Part shown: in pieces, positions 38,593-51,684 of the stretch
How positions within the stretch are numbered: the stretch's first letter is position 1
Layout of the letters: each line of letters opens with the position of its first letter
Assembly (NCBI RefSeq): GCF_006345805.1
Contig: NW_021832231.1
Span: 868,001-932,000, forward strand
Length of the DNA stretch: 64,000 nt
Source of the DNA: Octopus sinensis
Taxonomy: Eukaryota
Direction: 5' to 3'
Made by a program: the position numbers and the translations under genes
The notes under the pieces: model-generated
The model's input: only the letters and a program-made list of their open reading frames with translations
Told to the model about the DNA's origin: nothing
Databases searched by the model: none

Positions 38593-39608
38593 TACAAACC
38601 AAGTTTTGAGAGATTCCATGTGCAGGACTATTGGTAATAAAATTTTATTCTGTATAATTTTAAACTAGAAATAAAAACTCAACTGACTTCTCAGTTGTGA
38701 AAACTTGGTCCACAACTACATACTTCAAAAGACTTGTTTTAGGGTTCCTCGACGGCGGGGATCATGTACAAACAGGTCTTTAAGTTATTAGATACTTATT
38801 TTTAACATTATTTATCCAATCAGTTCCTTAGATGCAAACCAAACACGGCAGTTTTCCCAGCACTCAAACAAACGCAAAAACTTAAAAATACAAAAAACAA
38901 ATCACCAGCGAGTATGTCAGGAAATTCAGAGAAAGAAAACTGATTTTTAAACATCTTTTCTCAAATTCTTGACACAAATAATCGTGAAGTTCTAGGTAAC
39001 TCGGAATCCCCTTCTAAGCAGCGATACACGTGTGCAAAATAATTTCGTTGTGAACCTACCCAACAAATTTGGAGCTCAATCACACAGGAAAACAATCGTC
39101 GGTTCATCACGTAACTGAGAAAGGTGAATAGGGGATTATATATTTTTGAGAATTCACTAAAAATCCGGAGGTGTTGTTCAATGAAACGTGATAAATAAAA
39201 ACTTGCGATTATTTCTAATTCCATCAAAGATCAGTTTTGTAAAATTAAAAAAACTAGAATAGATATTGAAAGCATGCTGAATCTTTATAGGAAAAATGAT
39301 TCCAGACTTTGCACGGATTCCAGACTTTTTAATTTCGGATCTGAAATAGTTACCGATCAGACCATAATCCACTTAGATAGACTGATAAGTTTGATAGAGA
39401 AACACTGAAATTACATAAAAAATCTGCGTTGATTATTACAGTTCCCAAAAAAAATGTGTCTTGAAATTTCTTTTGAAGCTACGGCTCCTCAGAAATAAGT
39501 TTCTTTTATAATTTAAAAGAAAATGTCATAAAAATTAGATTTTTTACAATTTAGTATATGTATATTGAAACAAATAATTTTGAATACATAAATAGAATCA
39601 TATATAAC

Positions 39609-40676
39609 ATGTCAGAGGAAGAAAAGACGGTTAGCATAGTATTATGACTATCAAGAGAATAATCGAAAACTTTATAGCAATGAGTCCGCCCGGGGAAGTG
39701 AACAAAATAATCGAGGGCGGGAATATATTATTTATTAATAGACATCAAACTTCTGACTAAAAAAGACCTAAATGCAAAGCCTGCTTTCGAAAAGTAATTA
39801 AATTGGCATAATTAGCTCACTTCCTTGAATGAATAATTAGAGCACTCCTGACATACCACTCTCAACAGTTCACGCCCGTCTCTGTCAGCGGAATCAAAAA
39901 TAAGGCAGTCCAAGTGGGACTAATTCGTAGGTCCTGTTAACCCCCTATAATTACGTGAGAGAGGAAGATCGCTACATCGACCCGAGGACCAACAAATCCT
40001 TCAGGCAAGTTGGTTTGACGAGTCGTGTAGTGTGGACGTGCATTCTCTCAAGACCAGCAACGTGAAGACAGACACCCGTGAGGTCACGGAGCCGTACAAT
40101 TCACAACTTTTAAAACTCCTGGACGAGTATGTCGACGATTTTTACCCCACGGGACAATTTCTTCTAGTCGAGAACAGTTCGGAGGGGAATATCCATTTGA
40201 AATTGTGCATCGAAAGCCACTTTTTCAAAGAATCCAATATGACGTAATCCATTCGTTTATTCCCTCAAGAAATGGTCGATGGAGGTCACTGTGGACCATC
40301 GAAATCAACGAGGCAGACCTCGAGGCCACACTCCGAGGAGACATTCGTGTGCAGGTGGACACAAATCCGTCAGCCTTAGACTCACTATTTTGAGGACGGG
40401 AACGTGCAGCTCATTTCAAACTATAAACCGGAACGTAGTAGAAAAGCCGAGGTGGGGACTTTGGGTCATGTGTAGACCAAGGAGTCGTTGGTGGCCTTAA
40501 TTGTCAGCAATATTAAAATGGTTGAGTCAAAGTTTCAGGATGAAATAAATGATAATTTTAAATATATTTCCGAGACAACATTTCGTGATATTCGAAGGCA
40601 GTTGCCCATTACAAAGTCGTTGATAGACTGGGACAAGATTGTTGGCCACAAAATGGTTGGGGAACTTAAAAAATAA
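39609..40676 (+). CDS. CAPZA: F-actin capping protein alpha
   Basis: Eight introns (39630-55, 39717-41, 39794-840, 39905-30, 40005-30, 40244-69, 40355-79, 40452-75) give SPPGE, QFTPV, CIESH, NGRWRS, HYFEDGNVQL and RRQLPITKSLIDWDKI. Confidence 0.97.
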
Positions 40677-40766
40677 TTATCACGGATTTCTATAACTTTC
40701 TCACTTAATTTAACGGATTTAATTTATTAATTTGGAATAAAACTTTTAAACATAACGCGGTGTTGA

Positions 40767-43700
40767 ATGCAGTTTCTTGTGTTCGTACGCGTGTTATTGT
40801 ACCTTCATTTATTTTCTACAACAAAATCCTCTGAAAATGACCACAAAGAACGATTAAACGTCCCCCATGTCTTGCTACCTGCCAGCATGACTTCAAGCGG
40901 AACGTTTCAGCTAACCGTTATCAATCCAACAACCAATTGCTACCAATGGTTGCCCAAAATGATTATCCTAAGGACTCAATCCCGATCAGACGTCTTTTCA
41001 ATAGACAGCGAGAACTGCTCGCATTGGGCAACCATCACAACCCTCAAACAAAAGTCCTCAATCAGTGCACTTGTGATGGCCACAAATACTGGTTAATTAG
41101 GTCAATATATAATGAAGAATCACTGACCACTCTCACTTGTCTGGTGACTATATCCCCCATTGATTCAATGTCCATTGTATCCACCACCAAAGAACTCGAA
41201 GCCCTCGGACTGCCGGAAATATTCAATATTCATGGATTTGACTCGAATTGTACTTTTTATAGTTCATTCACAGACAACCTTTTTTCTTCCCTTTCAGGAC
41301 TTGACTTTTCCTGGAAGACATCCCCTCCCAACATTCTGCGGTTGACTGTCCGGTTTGATGTATTTAGAGTGGAAAGATACAACGGGTCATCTGTCAGTCT
41401 CCGTGGAAGAGAGGCAGGAGTTTGCAATATCACAGTCCAAGTCGAGGACTCTCTCTACGAGGTGAGAAAGTGATTAATTTGTAGTCCGTTTATGCATCCA
41501 CACAAGTTTTGGTGACCGACAGACTGTTCATCAGGCCTGGAGGTGTCATTCATGTCATCAAAGGAGGAGTTGTCTCGTTTGAGGCATATTCGGTCATTCG
41601 GTCTCAGCAGCAAAGTGCAATTTCCTCGAAATATTTAGAACTGACATTCCCGTCAGCGAATTTTATGTTTGTGCTCACCAGGGGAAGTAATGTGTGCCAC
41701 ATTGAGCACAATGTTGTGTTGGGGGAACGAATTGGTGTGTGCAGTGTAATGTTGATGGACTCCCGTCTCCAGTCTACTGCCTTGATCTCTTTGGAAGACC
41801 ATCTGCCCCAAACTTCAATAGTAGTGGTAGACCCGGCATATTTGAGTATTACTTGTGTCTTCTATTCAGTGTTTACTATAAAACAATCAAATTGGTCAAT
41901 GTTGGTGGGTAGAACGTATGAGGTGACTGTCACTCTCTTTGATAGTAAAGACCACCCAATTTATAATTCTGAGGTTTTCGAGTAAAGTAATGTCTAGAAT
42001 ATACTGATCGATGTCGACATTCCTCCAGAATATTTCCAGGTTATCAAATCGGCAGGTCACGTGTTCACAGTTGTCGCACTTTCCTCGGGAAATGCTCTTC
42101 TTCGTGCAAAATTGAAAGGAGTAATTTAAATTTAAGCAGAATTGACAGAATTACTCCATTTCTGTTGAACAGGCCGTCAAACTGTTTTCCCCACTGGCTC
42201 TATCTCATACTAATTTATATCTGGGTCTGTCATCCCCCTGCACTGTGGACATTCCGGTATTAGTTACTGTCTCACCGTCAGCTCACAGTAACTGGGGGCA
42301 GTGGAGTGTACAAGTGGACTGTGTTCCCTGAGAATATCGTCAAATTTAACAACTCATCAATCGAACGAGTTCTCTCGCCCGGGATCGCCTCAGTGACTGT
42401 GAGAGATGTCAATGTTTGGATGAACAGTGCTTCTCTCGAGGTTGTGTTGGCAATTTATGGTAGATACAAGTGGTGCCTGTTCACGAACTGCGTTTTCAAA
42501 AGGGAAGAAGGGAGGCATTTGTCGGAGATGAGTTCATTCTCACAGGCGTAGTGTTGGGTCGTGGTGATCGTATGTTCAGTCTGTCATTCTTAGTTCAATT
42601 GGATTATTCGTGCCTTACTCTCGGTCAATTCACGGTGGAGGACGAGTCTATATTCAGTGTTGTATCTGTCACTTGTTCGAGGATGGGATTTGTGGATGTT
42701 ATTCTGAGAGCGGAGTCTGAGGGGGTTACTCGCCTCGTCGCTACTTTTGGAAACATTACTACTGCCACTAATATTGCGTCCTACCGACACATCGAGGTGA
42801 GAAAGTCAGTATATTCAGATATTGGGGTCTCCAAATCTTCTGATGTCCCCGGAAACGCGAATGTGGATCTCACTTGGAGGAGGCCCATTGCGACTTTCCA
42901 GTCATTTTACTTCATACGGTGAGGATTTTCATTACTTGAATTCTTAGCAAAGTTAAAAGGTGGGTCTTTTATGGATTTTGTTACGCCGAATGTGTCGATT
43001 CCTGATATTTGGTCTTTGGAATTGACCTGTGTGCAAGTCGGAGTCCAAGTTAGTGATATTGTGGCATCCTAGACTGTTGAGATTTATATGAGTAACCAAC
43101 CTCACGGAGATCTGCTCTCTCCTCTCAACGAGTCTTTTATGCTTGATTACGAATGTCAACTCCCCTATTCTTTCCACTTTGCAGGAAATGTAGAAGGCTG
43201 CAAAAATAATCAACCTGTTCAACCTTATGTAACATTTACAGATATTTGCACATGTTGGGAAACCAGTTATCCTCAGCATTGTGGCAACCAGTAAGAATGG
43301 ACGAGTGTTTGACAATTATTCGGGGACGTCAGCGCAAGCCTCTCCACTACAGACGATATCCGTAAGTCCGTGTTTGTTAGCAACCAGGTCATATTGAGTT
43401 TATTGGTAATGTTTCTGGATTAGTGGAAGTCACTGCTGAATGTTTAGTCGATGTATTTTTGCACATATAAGTTTGGTAGAAACTGATAAACGTGACTGGA
43501 CAGATTCAGGTTGTGGATATGTTCCGGCTTGAATACGAACGAGTTTCTTTCTCGAAAAGTGTAGTCCGCGAGGTTGAAGTGTTCTGTCAACATTAGATGC
43601 CCATTTCTTACAGTGGAGGGTCGGGAAGGTTCAGTTTCCATAACACAAACAAGTCGGTAAGTACTATAGGTCAGTCATTTATGGTATTTGATATTAAAAT

Positions 43701-46647
43701 TGTATTTTTAGTTAAAATTATTGAATGATGGCATTAGTAGTATTACTATAGTAGACATTTGCCTGAATGTAAGTAATCTCCTGACTGTCTACGTTGGTCC
43801 AGTGGAATACATTCATTTGCATGCCCCCAGTCATGTTGAGGTGGGCGATGTATTCAATGCCTCTCTCTCCACCTTCAATCAATATGACATCGAGACTATT
43901 AATCAAATACACCTCAATCCAGACGAGTATATATCATTATTGGGAGAAATGTCTGTTTCAAAGTGAATGTTCTGTGTTGGGTGATAATAGGTTCACTGTC
44001 AGAAACACTCAGATCATTGTCGAAGTGAAGGCATCTCATCTTGGATCGCATCCACTTCAATTTGGCTTCAAAAGCAGGGAACAGTGGATATTAAGCAATG
44101 TAGTGAATGTGCAGGTTGGTTGTGTTTGTTAATTGAAAGGTGTATCCCCCGTTGGTTGTAGATCCCACTGATGTGACATTAGTCGTTGGGTCGAGTTTTC
44201 AAGTCGAGTTGTTTAATGTGACTCATTAGATTTCAGTCAGTGGTGGGCCTCCCAGACTGTTTGGAGGATATCAGTTCTTCTCGCTCAACACATCCACTCT
44301 TGTTGTTGAGTTAAATGGCATATTATTTGCCCGCAACGTTGGGAATACTACGGTGACTGTCCAGTGGGTATCTGATGCGACTTCTTCTCCAATCAGGGTT
44401 GTTGTGTTGTATTAGCTCAGAAGTACGTGGCAGTGAATGTCATTGCCTTGTCTTGTATTAATATTCACTCTTCTACCACTCTTCTCTATTCTGGGAACAA
44501 AGTATTGTCTGTAATGTAGTGCTCAGATGAGGGCTTTTGTGAGTCCCTGTGGATTAACTCCATTTGCATTCGGGTCTTGTTCGCCTATCCTCTTCTCTTG
44601 GACTGTGAATGGGATTCCACTGACAGAGGTTAGGTTGAGTGGCGTTTAATTCCAGTGTGTCCCTTTCTATCGATGCAGAAACATGTTTTCAGTCGAGATT
44701 GCCCCCTTGTTGGAAGATACATATACAATTTCTGTCAATGCTACAGTGAATGGACAGGTCTTGAGCAGTGATCCGATTACCCTTCGAGTTATTCGCCCAT
44801 TCAGTTTAATATATCCACAACACTGCTGTTCTCATTCCGTCCTTATGACCCCTTTGTCAAGTATTCGACTGATCACATCTGGGTGGGTCTCCATATGAGT
44901 AATCTGTAGGAGGAATGAGCGTGATTATACTATGGTCGGTGGTAGAGGAGTCGTCGATGTTACGAATACTGAGTATTTAGTGTCGTCTTCTAACCTTGGG
45001 ACTGAAATAGTTAACATTTTGGATACAGTGACTCAAGAAGTGATTGCTCTACCAGTGACGGTATATTTATTACGTAATAGTCTAGGTGGACACTCCGAGC
45101 TATCTTTCCTATAATAATACGCCTATTTTGGGGGTGGGGGAGACTATGCGGATTCGTGTGTCATTCCATACGGGATTTGGACAAGTATTTGACTCGGTCA
45201 ACTCGTCTCTTTCTTTCAAGATGAATCGGTGCGGTTGTTTGTGCTCATTATTAGGAATGATTTGTTGAAGATTCGCATCATTTCAGAACATTCCTTTGAA
45301 TTGGAAGGGACTCGTCCTGGAATAGTTGTGATACAGGCAAGTGGAGTGAATAATACTTCCACAGATCAGTGATAAGGTCAATGTGGATTATATTAGTGTG
45401 ACTGTCGTGCGTAGAGTCATCCCCTCTGGTCAGTATGTCGTGGGAGATATCCTCTGCCTTTCATTTTTGCATTCTCGTATTTTCGTGTAAGTTTATTTCA
45501 GAATGGCTGGACTCTAATGCTTTTAGAAGGATGGAAAGCGGTTATTATGTGGCTGTTGAAGCATCCAATTATAGTTATATCAGTTTTCGAGGGAATGATG
45601 GAGTGGAGTATTATAATTCGGTTTGTCTTTTTGATAATATCCAGTTCAATGTGGATAACCCGACCGTTGAGTTATTACGGAATGATTGCGGAAGGCTGTA
45701 CTTGACTGATTACTCACAGACTGCCGACTTTATCATTTCACTTAATAATTCAGCCACTCTGAGAGGTTCATCTGGATTTTTTATTTTGTTAGAAAGTTGT
45801 CATGAGTCCAGACTGAGTGAGAATATAATTATGGACGGCCCTGTGTATTGCCGTCTTATTTTCCCTTCAAATGTTCCCCAATTTGTCCGTGGGCATTTTA
45901 CCAGTTTGGTTTGGTTTAATACGAATAATTGTAATAAAACTAGTTATATTTATTAGGGGCTTACTCATGTCGGGTATCATTTGATGGAGGCAACATTGGG
46001 TGGACTGATGCATTTGACATTGGGGTTGTGGCCTCTGCAGGTGAAAGTTTTGATGATAAAACGACGATAACTTTCCTTCCGACTCCCAGACTGTCAACTG
46101 AGCACATTGTCATTTCTTCAACCATTCCAAAAACATTTAAAATTGTTGGGAGCAGTGCTGTTCTCCGTTCTCTTCAGGTTGTGTGTATGTTTAGTATTGA
46201 GTAGTTTGAAGTGAGTGATCCTCGACTCATGTTCGGCGTAGATTTTATAGAGGATACCGCAATCATGGTATCCCTCAGAGTTGGAGGAAAGAGTGAAGGG
46301 GCGTATGAACTATACCTGAAGAGTCCTCTTACTGGATGGAATGAGACAGTTACTGTAGATGTTAGTGGACAAGATCGTTCGAGTGGATATTTGCCAGTTG
46401 TCTTATCTTTGGCCGTTATATCTGGTTGAATTTATTTTGTGTTTTTGTAGTTGTGGCCTTGGTTTTCTCTTTCCGGCGTGAGAGAGATGTGGTTGGTCGA
46501 TCTTGGAGGGATTCTGATGATTTGCAAAGGTCAATAACATCGCAGATGAGATCTATGGACAGTATTTGTTATGAAATATTAAATTTAGCTTCTCGGGATT
46601 TGAAGAATCGTAGTACTCATTTGTGGAGTGTCCGTGATGATTATTAG
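40767..46647 (+). CDS. NUP210: Nuclear pore membrane glycoprotein gp210
   Basis: Signal peptide, RLNVPHVLLP, CYQW, SIVSTTKEL, FSSLSGLDFSW, repeated Ig-like beta segments and a C-terminal TM (FCVFVVVALVFSF). Many micro-introns, not all resolved. Confidence 0.9.
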
Positions 46648-47665
46648 TCTGTTGATTTACTGTTTTGTTCAAATAGATGGTTATCAAGTTTAAGACACAT
46701 TATTTTGTTGTTAAGGCGGGCGAATGAGTTTTTTTAGTTTTACCATATAATATTTAACACTGGATGTGAAATTCCTTAGATTTTATGTTGGAATTGTTAT
46801 TCGGTCTCTGAATCTGAAAAAAGTTTTTTTCTGTTTTGCCTGGAATAATTGTACTGTGTTGAGGTGTTTTCGCCGCTCTTTTATGGTTAAATGTCAAGTT
46901 TAAAATGTTAAATAGCAGTCGTGTTTTTATTTTTGAGCTATTTTATAGAAATACGAAAATTTGACTTCAATACCATTAAAACCAGATCAATTTATTACTT
47001 CCTGAATTCATTAATATCTGTTTTATTAGTTAATTTGCGGATCGTTTTTTAAATGTTTACTATCCGGCTAAAAGAAAACTATTTATGTTTATAGTTCCCA
47101 AGAAATATACAATTCATAAAAATCGCTATGCGAAAACACTCTTTGGAGATTCAGACCTTGTTTCATAGGTTTGAGTAGACGTGAAATTCCGTAGACTTTC
47201 TGAATAATCATCTATCTCTGACTTTTCTCAGATATAAGTGTAATTTTATTATCTAAAATTTTTATAATATCCAGGATCATATGTTTAAACAGGTGGAACT
47301 AAAATTCTATATTTTATCAGAATTGTGTCGGAATTATAAAATAATAAAAATGTGTTTTTTGAATGATCTCAGGTGAATTCTAATCCTTAAATATTTAAAT
47401 TTGTTTGTATCGAATTGTATTTCATAACGGAATATAATCGAGCAAAACATCGCGTTATGATTGATTGTCTTTGATTGCTTCGTTCCTTTTAAAACACAAA
47501 TTTCAATCGTATTTTAATGAATAATAAGCAAATTAATAGGAATTATAAAACTCCCGATTACTTTCACCAAGAATCTACAAACGTTGACATTTTTTATGAA
47601 GACATGTTCAATGAATATCCACTTATTATTCAGACGATCCAAACTTTAGTCATATACCATTCAAC

Positions 47666-48049
47666 ATGTACGATGATTTCGTAGAATATACTATTCCTGA
47701 GTCTTATCTCCCAGAAAGTAGTCTCACTATTACTGAGACAGCCCCAAATGTAAACATATATCCATGGATGACAGCAAGAAAATCATGTATAGTATTCTAA
47801 TATTATTTTTAAGTAATGACAAAAAATGTCCACAATGAACCATCAAGAACAAGGACTTGTTATTCACAAAAACAAGTAGTTGAACTAGAGAAAGAATTTT
47901 GTCAAAAGAGATATTTGACAAAGGTGAGAAGAGAAGAATTGGCGATTCAGCTCAAGTTGACTGACCGCCAAGTCAAAATTTGGTTTCAGAATAGAAGAAT
48001 GAAATTTAAAAAAGCAAAAAAGATTTCCAGCTTAAACCTACAATTTTGA
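47666..48049 (+). CDS. Hox-class homeobox gene (closest to Hox4/Dfd by eye)
   Basis: YPWM hexapeptide at 47759-47770, 27-nt intron at 47787-47813, homeodomain [20 protein letters not shown]...[13 protein letters not shown]. The start may lie further upstream. Confidence 0.92.
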
Positions 48050-50299
48050 ACATTTTGACTTTATTTAAAGAATCTTTGATATTTTAACCAATAAAAATTT
48101 TTATTTGATTTTGCACAGCATGGCAGAGTTAATTTCTCTTGTTTTGGTTTTTGGTAAACATAAAAGAATTTTCCGAATAACATCAAAGCGAAAGGAAATA
48201 TAAAATGTCATTTATCTTGGTCTATCACAGTTTACTATGATATCTATATTTTATTAAAATACCTAGTAACCATAGATAGACTTTTCTCTGATTATAGTTT
48301 AAAAATTCCGGAATTTAGTAGTTAAATACATTCAATTATATATATATCTCCATTTAAAAATTTGTGAAATCTCATAAATAGATTGGGATATATCGGCTCT
48401 CGATAAAAATATTTAGAGAATAATTTACTAGAACTAATTTCATAAAATATTAAGTCACAATTTGAATTTTACACAAAAAGGCTAATTTATTTATTAAGCT
48501 ATCTAATTAAGGTTTTCAATCCCGATCCTTAGTAATCTCTCTTTAAACGAGAGTTGGTTATCAACTCTTTTTCGTCCCTTATTTCCATTACAGAGTTATC
48601 GGAATTCTTTAAAGACTGCTTTATAGTCTCGGAGTTTTCATTTCAAAATAGTCTAACAAATAATTGTGGTTGATCCTCGTGATGTGGCTCAAACATATTT
48701 GATATACTTATACCAAGATCCACGATGTGTAAAATTCACGAACTATTATATCCTGGCAATATTGAAAGTTGTATTTTTTACTTATTGAAGTTGTTTTTTG
48801 GACTTTTCCATTTATTATCGGTCTACAGAGACTTATGTGAACACATCTTATTTTATGTTTCTGGATGAACCTTACGTAGGCGGACACATAGAATCTGCTC
48901 ACAATCAAGATAAACTCACAATTTCTCCGTTTAGAGGCCGATGTCGACTCGTAGAACGGAATAAAGGCAGTCTTACCGAGATTGAAAGAATAGTCCATCA
49001 AACTGAGCAGCATATCGGAAAGACTAGCTGTAGTCCTGTCCTGAAAGTGTTCAGGTCAAGTCTGTCCCCGAAAGCAGTGATTCTCCACGCGACAGGAATG
49101 GAAGGCCTGTTTGGACAAGTCGGGAAAGCAGGAAAAATCGTATCCCGAAAGTTGCCCACCAAATGGTTCACTAGTGGCAATGATTGTGACTTTGATAAAA
49201 TCGGTGCATTCTGAATTTTCCAGGTTTTGGGAAAAGTAAAAACGGTCGAAGTGCCAAGGAAAACTTCAAGACGTGATATAACTAAAAATACTAAACTGTT
49301 TGTACCTGTACGTTCAGTTCGCGGAGTATTCTTAATTTGTCAGAACAATGGAAGGTCTAAGGAATACCAAATTGTTCTACAAACATCCTGTCTTACTGCA
49401 AATAATGACCACTTCTCTCATTGTTGTCGCTCTCTCCTATTCCTGCTGTTTCTTCGACCGGAATTGGTACATGACAAGATTATTGCCAGTCGTAGATCAA
49501 CCACATTGTCTTACAAGACTTGTCTTAACCCTAAGATTTTGCTAAATGCACTATTTTGTCCGAGCATAAGATGGAGCCAATCCGTCTCACATTTCTCTCG
49601 TATTAAGGTTATAGTTTGTTTGTATGGAACAATCGTGGCAGACCATTGCCAAGATGGAGAGTGATATGCTTGAATTACAGAGAGATGCGATCCGGAAACT
49701 GGAGAAGTCTCTACAAATTAAACACAGACGTGATAAAACGAATCGGATATCTAATCAGGAGACTTTTCTATATAAAATTTTTTGCTATGCATAATAAGGA
49801 GTAAAGAAATAACGTTTGAACGACTAAGTAGACGTATTTTTTTAACATTTATTGAATGTCGCTTTTTTTGATTTGTTAGATTTATTACTAGGATATTTAT
49901 TATAAAAGGAAAACAGTAACAAAAAAGAAACAGTAAACAGGACTGGCTTGCATGATTGAAAGATAATTCCCGCGTAAAACAGCCAGCAAGATCCTTTGAA
50001 TAAAGAATTTAAATTCTCCGGGATCTTTAGAACGAAGGGTGAAGAAATGGCCAAGTTTTTTTAAAATTAGCAAGAGTCTTGGCACCAAAAACACAGGATG
50101 TCTCAACGGCAATTTCCCAAAAGCAAAAGCGTTTGCATATGTCGCGAGCGCTGAGAGCGATGACGGGTAATTTGACAGTGTCATGTTAGTCAGTTACCTC
50201 TCTAGCTTGTAGTAGGCCGGCTCAGGAATTTTTGACAGTTCATGGGTTAGATTTGCAATGGTGGGTACTATCATACGGCTGTTTTTTGTATGGGTGAGG

Positions 50300-50950
50300 A
50301 AATGACATGAGTGGGGACATATCCAACGTTCAATGAAGTTTGAAAGATTCCGTGATGGCTCCAGGTCCATTCGGACCAAGGTTCCCGAAATGACTTTGAG
50401 CGGAGGCGTTTATTTATCTCAGATTCGTGAGTGGAAGTGTGTAAGGTCTGTCCGGAAGAAATAAATGCGTTCCAAAATTCAGTTGGGTTGGTACGATGAT
50501 CCAGTTTAGATACAAACTCTTTCCACCTGGCTCTTTTGTTTTGTAGAATGTGGTCAGTGATTACCCGTTAATACTTGATAATCTGGAGTGGGAGTCCCGG
50601 ACGCCATTCCTCTTTATTGCCCGTCTCTCTTTTATGAGTTCAATGATCTCCTTTGTGAAAAGTGGTTTTGCCCTGCGGATGAATCCTTTGAGAATTTATT
50701 TTCAGTTTGCAGAAATTATGAAAATGTTGAATTGCTTTATTGCGTCATCGATCGATTTAAAATTTAGGACTGAGAAGTTTGAGAAATCTGTTTCTTGGTG
50801 GCGACCAGTTCCTATTGTTGGTAGGATCAAAGATCTCGTTGAAAAAAACGACCCGAGGGAGACGAGCTGGCTTTTTTACCGACTTTCGGTCGCTGTCCTG
50901 TATGCATCGCGGCGTCAAGGAGCTAACCCTTAGGCTCTTGATGCACCTTT
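50300..50950 (-). mobile_element. I/Jockey-like LINE remnant (EN-RT linker)
   Basis: NKRARWKEFVSKLDHRTNPTEFWNAF resembles the linker of APE-type LINEs; many stops. Confidence 0.45.
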
Positions 50951-50959
50951 TAGTCGTAG

Positions 50960-51684
50960 TTGGTTGACTTAATTGGGGTGACCTATTCAAAGTCTTGGAG
51001 GAGCACGGGTATAAGTATCTTGGCGTGGTTGAGAGCCCAGCCTTATTAATCACACACGAAACGAGAAAGTATGTAGTGGATGGTGTGCGTAGTAGGGCGG
51101 CAATGTTATGCAAAACTCGGTCAGCATTACATTCAGACAGGAGTTGATCAAACTTCAGAGGGAATCCCTGATTAAAAAGATCAACTTAAAAGTCCTTCAC
51201 AGGACTCTCTTTAGCTGCCTGGACAACGCGCACATTGACGTATCGTCGTCATTAATATGGGAATAATTCTCCCCGATCAGAAGGGTTATTCTCATATTTG
51301 CAAAACAGAAACTTTTTTAATGGTCAACGGGAACAGTGTAACCACTGTAAGGCAATGACCGTTGACCATTTAGCCACGAAGTGCGGGAGTATGCTTTACC
51401 ATGATTACACATGGAGGCATAACGATATGGTTAGGTCCCTCCGTCTTTTGCTCTGCAATAAGTATGGCTTGAGGCGGTGTTGCGAACCCATCGAGTTCAA
51501 TCGGTGTGTGAGAACTCGCGGGTGTGCATTAAGGTGGATGTGCACCTCGATTGTTGTCCAGCACAACAGACCCGATATTGTGGTCCACGATAAGGTCACG
51601 GGGGAGATTGTTATCGTGGAGGTCATCCCATGTGTGATGACATGGGATGGACTGGTCACCAAATACCACAAGTTACTTAGTTAA
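50960..51684 (+). mobile_element. R2/NeSL-like (RLE) retrotransposon remnant
   Basis: YKYLGVVE, CCHC knuckle CNHCKAMTVDHLATKC, YTWRHND, RPDIVVHD and VIPCVMTWDGLVTKYHK. Confidence 0.8.

Noticed and set aside
48540-49800. ORF cluster downstream of the Hox gene (THAP9-like remnant or host gene)
   Set aside because: Motif resemblance is too weak and splice models conflict; left unannotated.
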